Shown: positions 1-10,724 of the stretch, piece by piece
How the letters are laid out: every line of letters begins with the position of its first letter
How positions within the stretch are numbered: the first letter of the stretch is position 1
Assembly: GCA_051294905.1 (NCBI GenBank)
Contig: CM119378.1
Span: 310,001-374,000, forward strand
DNA: 64,000 nucleotides
Direction: 5' to 3'
DNA from: Botryllus schlosseri
Lineage: Eukaryota
Made by a program: the position numbers and the translations under genes
The notes under the pieces: generated by a model
Told to the model about the DNA's origin: nothing
Databases searched by the model: none
The model's input: the letters and a program-made list of their open reading frames with translations, nothing else

Positions 1-1
1 T

Positions 2-2365
2 CTTCCCGACCATACGTTCACCACCCGTGCTACCCGCTGGAACTTTAAGGACCTGGTGATACCCTCCAACTCCACCAAACCTGAAAAAAAGACCTTCAGA
101 AAACTCTTCGCTACCTTCCGTAACATTATGTTACACACCCAAACCCTTCTTTCACTCTTCTCCCAACACACTTTAACCTTCACACGTAAAAACAACTCTA
201 CTATCGTGGAAAACCCAGACATTGTACAACGCATATCAAACTACTTCAACAACCTCAAATCCGCCCAAGAGAAACTCGACCTCATTCTAAACTTAAACTA
301 CAAAAATCCGAAATTAACCGATACATTGAAGAAGTTTTCGACAACCTTCAACCAAGACGTTTACAACCTACTCGTTACAACACACCAAAATTTGATCGAC
401 AAAGACACAGCGCAAGAGTTTAACAAACCCCACACACCTTTTCATAACTTTACTACTTTCAAACCTTCCTCCTCTCTGTCGGAGATATTAAGTTTAGGAC
501 CCTCTTTTATTCCTACACACAGCATTATGGCCACCAAAACAGTCACAAATCAAATCACGCACTCTGTATTAGACCTACTACTAAAAACTAACACTCACCA
601 CCAAATTCCAACTAAACCTTTTAAGCACCACCCACGATCCAAATCATTACCTCTGTCACAGAAAATCAATTCTGTCATCCGTAAAGCGCACTCGACATAC
701 ACCAACTGCAACACAAGAAATATCATACTGAATACCTTGGACGACCTGGAAATCTTCAGAGCCACAAAACCTACTATCAACCACACCAAACCAACATTTT
801 CCAAAGCCCAAATCGACAACATCAAGATAATAGCAAATAGAGATGACATCATTATTAACGTAGCCGATAAGAATCTAGGATTTTGCATGAATACGACGGA
901 CTGGTACATACATGAAACCGCACGCCAACTTCAGCATAACTTGTACACACCTGTATCACTGAACTTGGACACCATCTTGGACACAGCATTCAACGATAGG
1001 ACTGAAATCATAAAAAAACATTCGGATATTTTAGATGCACAACACATTTCTTTCCTAGAATATCGAACCAAAGATAACTGCCACGTCCCCTTATTTAACC
1101 TATTACCAAAACCCCACAAATTAGGAAAAGGACCTTTTCACCACACCGATGAACATAAACTTAAAGCCAGACCCATTATTTCGGCTCACTCATGGATCTC
1201 CGTAGAACCTGGAAAACTTTTGGGCAACATACTTTCAGAATGGAAAGAAGACTACACCCAATATCTTCTAGATATGGACATCACACCTACACTGACCAAA
1301 AACAGTCGTGAGATCACCTACGCCCTAGATAACACACCTGTCATCGGAACCCTTTTCGACACCCAAATAATCACCTTCGATTTCGAATCGCTATACACCA
1401 ATCTCAAAAACGAGTATGTCGTTTACGCCATGAATAAAATTAAATCTACACTCACCATCCCCGACAACATCTTCAACCTTGCCATGGATCTCTTTCACTT
1501 TTGCCAGAGTCTTTGTTATTTTTCTTCTGCCGATGACCTATATAAACAAAGAGATGGTTTAGCAATGGGAAGCTACTACTCAGCACAAGCCGCCGATCTT
1601 ACTCTTGCAATCTACGAAGAAGACATATTATCCGAAATCTTTACTATTTGGCCATTAGTAATTTTCCGCAGATATTTAGACGACGGACTTATAATTACCA
1701 ACCTACACCCTGCTCACCTGAACAGCTTCACCAGTTACATCAGCAATATATACCCCGCACACTTGGTTATAACATTCAGCTGCAACCCTATTCACAACCC
1801 CTTCCTTGATCTTAACATACGTTTCGACGAAAGAACCCTTCAAAAAGGATTGATTGGTTATAATACATACTTCAAACCCGCTTCCCTTTATTCTTATATT
1901 CCACACGACAGCAACCATCCCCCTCACACTTTCACTGGAATTGTAGCAACCGAATTTAACCGGTACAACCACACAAATTCGAACCGTAAATATCTGAAAA
2001 ACACAACGCATAGATTCAAAAGTAGACTTCACAAACTTAATTACCCCAGAAGAATCATAAAACAAGGCAAGGTTATCGCCAACAGAGGTACGAAGAAAGA
2101 AAAACTCACCCGTAATCTGACATACATCACACACCAATTCTCCAAAGTCTTCGACCACAAAGAACAGATCCGAAGCATTACCAAACGCAGTTACCCCATC
2201 CCCTTTGGCATTGGATTCAAAACTGGAAAGAAATTAAAGCAATATTTTACAAATAACAAACTGATCCACAAAAAGATGAAGACAAAGAAGAAACTGAGCA
2301 AGTCAAAAAAGAAGAAGAACCATCATTCTAAATTTCAAACACCTTGGGCATTTCCACCTTCATAA
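2..2365 (+). CDS. PLE reverse transcriptase (N-terminus runs off the window; no GIY-YIG domain C-terminal to RT)
   Basis: Frame is open from base 2 (LPDHTFTTRATRWNFKDLV...). Motifs: LSLGPSFIP, ADKNLG, LLPKPHK..RPIIS, ITFDFESLYTNL (A), YKQRDGLAMGS (B'), FRRYLDDG (C), PFLDL (E), thumb YFKP..YSYIPHDSNHP, then a Lys-rich tail and stop. Confidence 0.92.
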   Translation, partial: LPDHTFTTRATRWNFKDLVIPSNSTKPEKKTFRKLFATFRNIMLHTQTLLSLFSQHTLTFTRKNNSTIVENPDIVQRISNYFNNLKSAQEKLDLILNLNYKNPKLTDTLKKFSTTFNQDVYNLLVTTHQNLIDKDTAQEFNKPHTPFHNFTTFKPSSSLSEILSLGPSFIPTHSIMATKTVTNQITHSVLDLLLKTNTHHQIPTKPFKHHPRSKSLPLSQKINSVIRKAHSTYTNCNTRNIILNTLDDLEIFRATKPTINHTKPTFSKAQIDNIKIIANRDDIIINVADKNLGFCMNTTDWYIHETARQLQHNLYTPVSLNLDTILDTAFNDRTEIIKKHSDILDAQHISFLEYRTKDNCHVPLFNLLPKPHKLGKGPFHHTDEHKLKARPIISAHSWISVEPGKLLGNILSEWKEDYTQYLLDMDITPTLTKNSREITYALDNTPVIGTLFDTQIITFDFESLYTNLKNEYVVYAMNKIKSTLTIPDNIFNLAMDLFHFCQSLCYFSSADDLYKQRDGLAMGSYYSAQAADLTLAIYEEDILSEIFTIWPLVIFRRYLDDGLIITNLHPAHLNSFTSYISNIYPAHLVITFSCNPIHNPFLDLNIRFDERTLQKGLIGYNTYFKPASLYSYIPHDSNHPPHTFTGIVATEFNRYNHTNSNRKYLKNTTHRFKSRLHKLNYPRRIIKQGKVIANRGTKKEKLTRNLTYITHQFSKVFDHKEQIRSITKRSYPIPFGIGFKTGKKLKQYFTNNKLIHKKMKTKKKLSKSKKKKNHHSKFQTPWAFPPS

Positions 2366-2697
2366 CAACCACTAGCACTATTATACAGCATTATCCTTCG
2401 TCCCTAACTTTACCCTATCAGTTTCTATACATACATACATACATTTATGCTGCCATGAACCCAACCCATACCTAACTGGCACTCCCCACCTCCATCTTAC
2501 AGTCCCTAGGATATATTGTCCCCTACCTATACCTTACCCACTCACTAATATAACCCTTTATAGTGACTTTACCCATACCCTAACCGCTAACCCGATCTTT
2601 TTTGAACCCCTATATTATATTATATATAACTCATCACCCCGATCCGTACCCTAACCCACCCACCTTATCTCTCCTTACTTTGACTTTACAGTGACAT

Positions 2698-2932
2698 TAA
2701 CATTTTACCCTTATCCTAGTAATGTTTATAACACTGATTGACGTAACAAACCCCAACATTACCCTAACCCACTATGATTGATACCAGCCCTTTTAATTAG
2801 TTGACCCTAATGCTAACATTTTACCCTTATCCCAGAAATTTCTATAATACTAATTACGGTAACGTAACAAACCCAACATTATCCTAACCCACTATAATTG
2901 ATACCGACCCTTTTAATTAGTTGACCCTAAAC
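2698..2932 (+). repeat. Two tandem units of about 117 bp in the PLE 3' region, each containing CCTAACCC
   Basis: Units 2698-2813 and 2814-2932 both begin taacattttacccttatcc and end ccttttaattagttgaccctaa; a partial third unit starts at 2933. Confidence 0.9.
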
Positions 2933-4488
2933 TAGCATTTTACCCTCTCCCATTTAAAAACCCTAATAATATAATATAGTCATTGTTGCCATAAACCCTA
3001 ACCCACCAACCCATATAACCCTAAACCCACTAACTTAGAGCACCCATTTTCACTTTACCAATTGACCTACTCCTAACCACCCCCCCCCCCCCCCCCCATT
3101 ATTACCCCCTCAATCCTCACCTTACCCATACCATCTATATATTGAATAACATATCAGGTTACCGGCCCTTTATAATTTTCACTAATAGATAGCTTTATAG
3201 ACGTACCCACCCTCATACAACCCCATTACATTATCTAATACTCTCTTTATATTACCTTTATATCCACCAGGTATACTCTACCCCCATTACGTTATCTAGC
3301 CCTTTCAAACCATAATATGACTAGTTATTTTACCTCTACCCACCTCCTACCAATCTAACCCTCCCCCATTACGCCACCCAATTGATATTATCTATTGTAT
3401 ACATATACTCCTATACCCCTACTCCGTATCTAGCATTACAACTTTGCACTCAAGCTAACACCATATACCCTAAACCTAACATTATATACCATACCCCTCT
3501 TCTATTATCCCTATACCGGTATAATTGCCACTAATACATATTTTTAGATATCTATAGCACATACACACCTTCATATACTCTCCGCCATCATACATATCCC
3601 ACTCAACTTGACAGTCACATCTTCAAATAGTCAGCTTCTGTAAATTCACATCTCTTTACAAACATACAGCACATGCACCAACAAATATCCTCAATCGCTG
3701 CCATCAATAATGACCCTTTGACCTCCAGATTTAAGGAGCCATGATTACGTAGCACACTTATATACTGCTTTATTACGTCACAAATGAAATATCGATGTCA
3801 CCTAAAACTACTACAAATTCCACTCTTCGATATTTCGAACCTCCTGCGTACACGTACGATATTATCCAAGATACAAATCTCCCGATACTTCTCATTTCTA
3901 CCGACAATCCTCGTTTCTGCCGATACTCTCATTTCCACCGACATCAGATCCCCATCTAAATAAGGTTCGTTATACTTACACTATTTTTTTCGTACTTCGA
4001 TATTGAATCAATACCTTCATTATTTATATTAATTATCGTCTATTTATTATAACTATCGCATATATTTGCCATCTTTACGCCTGCTGTCTTATGATTTTAC
4101 TTTCATCTTCGTAATATAATATTAAGAACATGACCCCAAAACTTAAAAAATACGCAACTGCTTCTTCGGGTCGTAAGCATTACCGGTATTTGCTACAGAA
4201 AAGAAGTGGCTATTATGCCCTGCTCGCATCTTTACAACCCCTGATGACGTGAGGTGCTAGAGTAGAGTTGCTTTGGACTGAGTCATGTTCTTTTTATATT
4301 ATTACTACCCCTTGCTTCCTCTCTGTAAAATTACTAGCCGTCGCGCTATCTATATATTGTTATTTATATTTCTCATATTCCATTTTACTTATTTATTGTC
4401 ACTACTAACATACCATATTATCAGTAAAATTTTCGCTACATAATTGCAAACTAAATCTCACAATCCAGTCACTTCCGTGGGTAGGGGC

Positions 4489-4543
4489 AATCCCACCAAT
4501 GACGGCCTACGGGGAAGAGATCTAGTCGTAAAGCATTGGGATT
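4489..4543 (+). ncRNA. Hammerhead-like fold with a non-canonical core near the PLE 3' end
   Basis: Stem I aatccca(4489-4495)/tgggatt(4537-4543); CCAATGA in place of CUGANGA; stem II cggc/gtcg; TAAA in place of GAAA; minimal stem III. Topology matches a type I hammerhead but the core does not. Confidence 0.35.
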
Positions 4544-6457
4544 CTTACCTAACCAAATCCAATTTGTTATATTCGATCGTAAGAATTCCAAATGGATCCA
4601 CTACAGAAATTATATACTGTGACTTAATATGTGCAGCTTATTTTTCTGTTTCGCTGCCTTCGGCAGCTCAACACTTGGCTCGTCCGTTGACGTCGAAGAT
4701 CTGGAAGCACGGGTGCAAGAAGGGTTCGAAAGCCGTTGCGACAAAACACGAACCTGGATCCGATGGTTGCTGGTATCTGCGATCACGAGATCGTCACAAG
4801 CCGTCGAGCAAATACCAAGCGGATAATTCATCTGCCCTGCGGCAATGCCTCTTGTCCCGAAACATCTGAGAACGGGTTTTATGATGGCATCATACCTTTG
4901 TCCGCCCATATGGTTTCTACATGTTATAATTAATTTATATCAAGTACAAATAGTCATAACTGCGATGATTCTTTTTTTGTCAGGCCTAAATTAATTCAAG
5001 AGTAAGTCGCATTTTGACGATGTGTGTTTGCTCTCAGTCTGCTGGATCGGCTCCCTTTCAATAGGACAAATCATTCCCGCCAAATAAGGTATGCTTGGAA
5101 AGACATAGAAAACCCCTATCAAGGCTGCGAGCAAGTTCAAGGAAGACATGTTTCAATGTTACTTTACAGCGCCCCGCCCCTGAGTAATTTTTCAATAGTC
5201 AGAGGGAATTAAATTCATTTTTACAGCGAACACAGAAGGTAAACATATACTATATGTAAAGCAGTGGTCGATTTTAACCCGTCCCCGAACTACTCAATAA
5301 AAAAAGTGGTTATGCAATTATTAAGTACGCGCAATGTTAGTGGAAGTCGTCTACCAACTTGGTCACCATAGCAAGTTCGTAGTGCAAATGAAGAAGATCT
5401 ACAGCACGAATATCGTCAAAGTGGGCGATAAAGGGCGGCTTTTGATCCTACTAGATGTGCCAATTCACGATCCACCCTCGCTTTTTCATGGCTGGTCAGT
5501 GGCCACAGAGGCCACACGGGAAAGCTGAAGCCCCTACTGGCAGCATGAAGTAGTTGTAGTACTAGGCAGTTAGGGTGTGAGGTTATTTGACTATATATGC
5601 AACGACGAAGCTTGAGCTATACGTTACAACTAAAACTATTCACTTTTTTACTTGTCCTTTATTTCGATATCGACGCAAGGCTTCTGTCACGCGCGATTCT
5701 TCCACGGCCTGTCGTTCTGAACAGAATCGTTTTGAGAATGCGCCAAAACAGAATCGCGGGCAAACCTGATGTTCGTGGGCCACTGTCTGCTACCCCTGCG
5801 ACCACGTCCGGTGTAGATTCACCTCTGAGCTGCGCATGCGCGGAGACGGCTGCGAACTTGGATATTGCGGACAGCACGGCATTTTCGTCGCGATTCTTCA
5901 ACTGAGAAGGGTTTGATTCGTGTCATGTCGTTCATGTTTTTTACCGATTCACTCACTTTTATCATTTGATGAACTTTGTCCGACGAGATTTCGTTGCTCT
6001 GGATATGTTCGCGACTTTTCTGCGTCAAAGAAAGTATTTCGCTCTGGAATTGCTGAATTTCTGGATTGCTGAGTACAAGAGGTCGTTCGCAAATCTCACT
6101 TGCGACTTGACAATGAGTGGTCAAAGCCGCCATTTTTCCTTCAAGCTCTCCCTGCTCACGTTGCAATGATCTGAATAAGGGGGCGATGTCGGGCAGCTTA
6201 TGGAAAATGGCTTCGCAGCAAGCAGATGTAGTAAGGAATATGATGATATTGTTGAACAACAGCTCTCATGGCAAATTGAAATTCGAAATCTCGAAATTTT
6301 TCTTTCCGCCTGACGCAAAATATATACACCGTCGTTGATTGCAGCATGTTTCCATGGTTCTTTACATATCATGTAAAATGAATTACGCTCACTTTTAGAC
6401 CTCTTTCCCATTGTTTTTACTACAGTCAAGAAAATTGGGGGCGCTAGACCTCTAGGC

Positions 6458-7623
6458 CAGTGGTTCCCAACCTTTTTCGACTCATCCCCCCCATTTTCAA
6501 GCTCCACACCGATCATCGGCCCCCAAATATTGGGAACCGAAAAACAGCACTTCGTCAGCCCCCTCCCCCCGTAAAAAACGTTGGTCTGTGGCCTCATAGG
6601 GTGATAAACCAAACCCCAGACCCCCCTCAGCCAGTGGTCTTTTTGTCGCTACATATCAGCTATGTCCTATTTCATGCACTGTTTGGTGAGTCACCGTATT
6701 TCGCCTAAACGCGCGAGGCGCGATAAATTTATATAATTCATTATTGAATCGGTCAATATAGTCGATGTGGAATGTTGGAAAAGGTAGAGCCACTAAATAA
6801 TAATTAAACATCTTCGGCGGAATCGTTGTTATATTGACTTCTTTACATGAAGCTATTCGTGACCTCCTATATCTGCTATGTCAGGAGATATGGAAATCGT
6901 CAAAACGTACCAAACTAAAAGACGCACATGATTTCATATTGGTATTTCTTTACTGGCAGATAATTTTTCCTGGCGGGATGGCATTTGTCCTGTAGGGTTA
7001 AGGTCGCCAGGACAGTAACATTCGATCCCAGCCATTGAGACGCCTATGGACAATTAAACAAATATGTATATTGTATATATATCGAAGTTTTCGGTTACCA
7101 CAAGGGCATTCCTTTCGGCCAAGGTCTTCTCGCTGCTGATCGTTCTGGCACACTTCTCGGAGTCGCATGTTACATGGCCTCTAACTTCATATGTCTTGGT
7201 GCGCCGTGGCGCAGTAATGGCCGACGCCGAAGTCTCCCATTTTCATAAATCATGCGTATTTTTGTTGGGTGACGGGGACCCCAACATTAAGATACATGAA
7301 TATATTTAATCGCGCGCAACGCGAAAACTTTTGAAAAAGTCGCTTGAATTTTAAAAAAATTACTTTATCATTCATGTTAATTCACGAAATAAATTTGGGC
7401 TTCCTTCGATTTCGGGCCCCACTCCCAATTGGGGAGTTTTGGGGTGCTGTATAGTTACGTTCCCGACTCCAATATAGCCGTTTTAACGCGACATCGCCCC
7501 CTTCGTTGTTTTCGCCCCCCTCGCCTGTTTTCGCCCCCTATCGCCCCTTCGTTATTTTCGCCCCCTAGACCGCCAAATCGCCCCCGGGGGGGGGGGCGAT
7601 ATTGCCCACGTTGGGAACCACTG
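6458..7623. mobile_element. Non-autonomous hAT-type element
   Basis: TIRs cagtggttcccaac / gttgggaaccactg; near-identical 8-bp flanks ctctaggc / ctctacgc. A related internal sequence recurs at about 19220-20170. Confidence 0.8.
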
Positions 7624-8326
7624 CTCTACGCGATTCTTCAAAAGGGACGCTGGAGGAAAAAAGGTTAAGAAGCACTGGATTAGAATAATTAGGCTAGAGC
7701 GAAATGCGAGTCATCTAATTCTAATTTAATTAGTAAAATGTTTCCGTGCTCTCATTATGGCCTACTTCTAATCTAATTTCTTGTCTTCCTGAACATGCTA
7801 TCACACAACTGTATCGTGCGCAACGAGCTAAGCTTGGTTGTTTTGACAATTGAACTTCTCAGGCTTATAAGCAGGGCTGCCACACCATCCCTATTTTTGT
7901 TTTGTCCTTATTTTGAAAGGTCAGGCTTAGAAAACTAAACTGTCTTTATTTTTAAGAAGTGTTCTCGTTTTCGGCCTGCGTCCTTATTTTGTCTTATTTT
8001 CAACAACTTCAGAACTTCGATCGTTTCCTCTGGTATTCGTATTGCATATTATTCTAAAATTGTGGTCTTGCGTCGTGATTTGATGATATCATAAATGAAA
8101 GGCACATCCGTGGTGTACAAGTACATATCACGGGGTTTGACTTCTAAGTGGTGAGGTAGCTATAGGCAGGGCTTTGGAGCAGCCGTAAATTTAAACTGCT
8201 CCAGCTCCGGCTCCGGAGCTTTTTGCTATAATATATTAGCTCCGGCTCCAGCTCCGGAGCCGCAATATTACCACTGCTCCGGCTCCAGCTCCGGCTCTGA
8301 AATTATCGAAATGGGCCTGTCTATAT

Positions 8327-8994
8327 CAGGGATGGCCAACCTGTGGGCCAAATGTGGCCCGCGAGAGGGTTTTACGTGGCACGCAAGGTAATTTCCTACT
8401 ATATTATCGAAAATGAATTGCTCAGATTGTGAACTTGCAATGCCAACCACAAATTACGAGTCTGGCTGCGACGCTTGGGATATTGATGACTAAACTCAGT
8501 TCCGACGCATTGGCAGATCCAGGGTCCAGTCAGTAAATCGTCGTACATTACAATAAACTAAAATAGTAGTGAATTTTTCTACACGCTTCGCGTGTTTAAT
8601 TGTCACACGATTTCTTGCTTGGTAGCCTACCCCCAACTGAAAATGAAAAAAGCGCCAAATTTACCCGATTGAGTCTAACTGTATTCGTAATTACGGGAGA
8701 AAGTCTTTTCGCGTTTGCGCTCGCATAAAGATCGTCGACGGTGAAATGTAGACACAAAACCATTGTCGCATATTATCGGAGAAGTTTGATATCGATGTGG
8801 CCAGACGCCGACCAGTCGTGTCCTTGCAAACTGAGCCTAGCGGGCGGTATACAGTAGACCCGCAATATACTCAAGTAATAATATTGACCTAGTATATTTA
8901 TAAACTTTGAAACTTTTACTCGTTTGGCGCGGCTAGTGGACCGCGCACTCGGTTGTCAATTGCACGTGCCCCGCGAGAAGGTTGGCCATTCGTA
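8327..8994. mobile_element. Nested hAT-type MITE
   Basis: Imperfect TIRs cagggatggccaacct / aggttggccattcgta; perfect TSD gtctatat (8319-8326, 8995-9002). Confidence 0.85.
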
Positions 8995-9039
8995 GTCTAT
9001 ATAGATTACTAATCTACCCATAGGTCAGTTATCTATAGT

Positions 9040-9458
9040 TAGGCTTACCATATTTTGGAAATCTAAAAAGAGGACACTTTTTCAGAAACTTCAGACATGC
9101 AAAACCGGAGAAGAATTCTCAAAAGCCGGTAAATTTTTCCCACTTCGTGATCGGGTGACTAAAAAAAAAAAAAAGGTTTTCGCTCAGAGCTCAAAATACC
9201 GTTTTTCTCTCATCATTGCCAGTTGGATGACTAAAAAAAAGGTCAACTTTTCGCTCAGAGTTAAGATCGCCGTTTTTCACTCCGAAATGCCCGCCGGAGC
9301 TTAACTTCTGTGCTAATTTGCGGCATATCACTCGAAATTTCCTCTAAATCTGACCTAAATTTTCAAAAAAGAGGACAAAAGGGCGTCCTCCGAGGACACT
9401 TTCAAAAAAGTCAAAAAAGAGGACAAATCCTCCTAAAAGAGGACGTATGGTAAGCCTA
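9040..9458. mobile_element. Nested hAT-type MITE
   Basis: TIRs taggcttaccata / tatggtaagccta; perfect TSD tctatagt (9032-9039, 9459-9466). Confidence 0.9.
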
Positions 9459-10724
9459 TCTATAGTAATCTAGAGTCAGTCAGCCGTCAGTAACATCCGA
9501 TGTAGCAACAAAGACATAGGTGCCGCCGTGCTGGCTTGTGACGTCAAAATGAATAGCCTGCTTGTCAATTGTCGATAACACCATAGTTGCACTAGAACGC
9601 ACTTTACTCTAAGGCTAAGCCATTGCTGTGCACAGCATTAAAATTCAGGCCTGCTGTTCAATTATGATAAATCAGCAGATGTGGTTGTTGCATATATAAT
9701 AGCATCTTATGATATACGTCGGAGCCGGAGCTACTCCTCAAATAACGGGCTCCAGCTCCGGCTCCGGCTCCAGCTCCGGCGAAAATGCACGGCTCCGGGG
9801 CTCCGGCTCCGGGCTCCGGCTCTGGCTCCAAAGCCCTGGCTATAGGGCATCAGCGAGTGGTACGGCCTTCGGAAGCTCAATACTCTAAAATCGTACAAAC
9901 CCGGTTTCTGTGGCGACCAACGCGTCTACTTCCTTCAGAAGACATTTCTTTCGCGATCGCAGTTCCGAGATGAAGCGTTCTATCGACTGTACATGAATAT
10001 CGAAAATTTGGGAAACAGGGACATTCGTGAAATCATGGGCGACCGACCTGCGATATTTCGTATTTCACATTCCTTCCATTTGCTTCCAACTTCTCTGCTC
10101 TCTCTCGCAAATCATAATCTGATTCTGAAAGTTTGGTCACCAGTCGCCTGACCTAAAATTGGAGCAGACAAAGGCACGTTCGGAAGGATTACGTATTTTT
10201 CGGTCCCACCTGAATGAGACTGTGCCGCAAATCTTTCTGCAAACCGCCTGTATGGCCCGCAATGCAACTTCCGCAGAGGGACTGATCACAGTGGTTGTAC
10301 TTGTTCACATCACCATTCTCCATTTTACATTCCTGATTTGGAAGGCAAAATCATAGTTCATAGTTCGACGAGTTATGAGAAACCATATGCGAGTTTCCAA
10401 CCTTGCATTTTAAATTGAGCTTCTGTTGATCTGAGCGATCGAGGAATCTCACGATCGCCAAATTTGGTGGCAGACCTCTGACTCCATTCAAAGGGAGGTT
10501 ATGGCAGGCGCGACATTCGGGACAGCGGACACTGAATGAAGGTTAGATGAGTACCGGCGAAGTACGTTTGAGCTCCCTGTTTCAGCCTATACATGCAACG
10601 GCTATTTTCGGTCAAAATCTTGCTTAGGTTTGTACACTGTGATTTCATATGCTCCCATTAGCGATCACTTGTATAGTATAGTTACCAGTAGGACTGCCAT
10701 AACAATCATAAGTAGCCTATAGAC

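Larger units (their letters stand above)
1..4600 (+). mobile_element. Penelope-like retroelement (PLE); 5' end outside the window; long A/C-rich 3' region with telomere-like motifs
   Basis: PLE-type RT ORF followed by about 2.2 kb of strongly G-depleted non-coding sequence with the same strand bias. Composition changes to host-like sequence at about 4600-4620. The right boundary is approximate. Confidence 0.85.
8167..9838. mobile_element. hAT-type MITE with GCTCCG subterminal arrays, carrying two nested MITEs
   Basis: TIRs cagggctttggagc / gctccaaagccctg; perfect 8-bp TSD gctatagg (8159-8166, 9839-9846). Confidence 0.9.
4668..10531 (-). pseudogene. nhl-1-like TRIM-NHL gene (RING C-half, B-box-like, coiled coil, one NHL repeat), truncated or pseudogenised
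   Basis: Phase-consistent GT-AG exons: 10402-10531 (VRCPECRACHNLPLNGVRGLPPN), 10210-10332 (ECKMENG..HCDQSLCGSCIAGH), 10048-10152, 9901-9986, 5957-6170, 5823-5901, 5644-5716, 4754-4865 (CFGTRGIAAGQMNYPLGIC..VIADTSNHRIQ), 4668-4700 (IFDVNGRAKC*). The first RING exon and start codon were not located. Confidence 0.8.

Noticed and set aside
595..2158. Minus-strand ORFs inside the PLE RT
   Set aside because: Antisense shadows of the biased coding strand with no recognisable motifs.
4197..4250. GAAA...CTGATGA as a canonical hammerhead
   Set aside because: Stems I and II cannot be formed around the motifs; kept only as part of the larger structure.
4668..4670. TGA as selenocysteine or programmed read-through (hairpin gctgccgaaggcagc follows)
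   Set aside because: Read-through adds only nine codons before TAA, and no convincing SECIS was seen.
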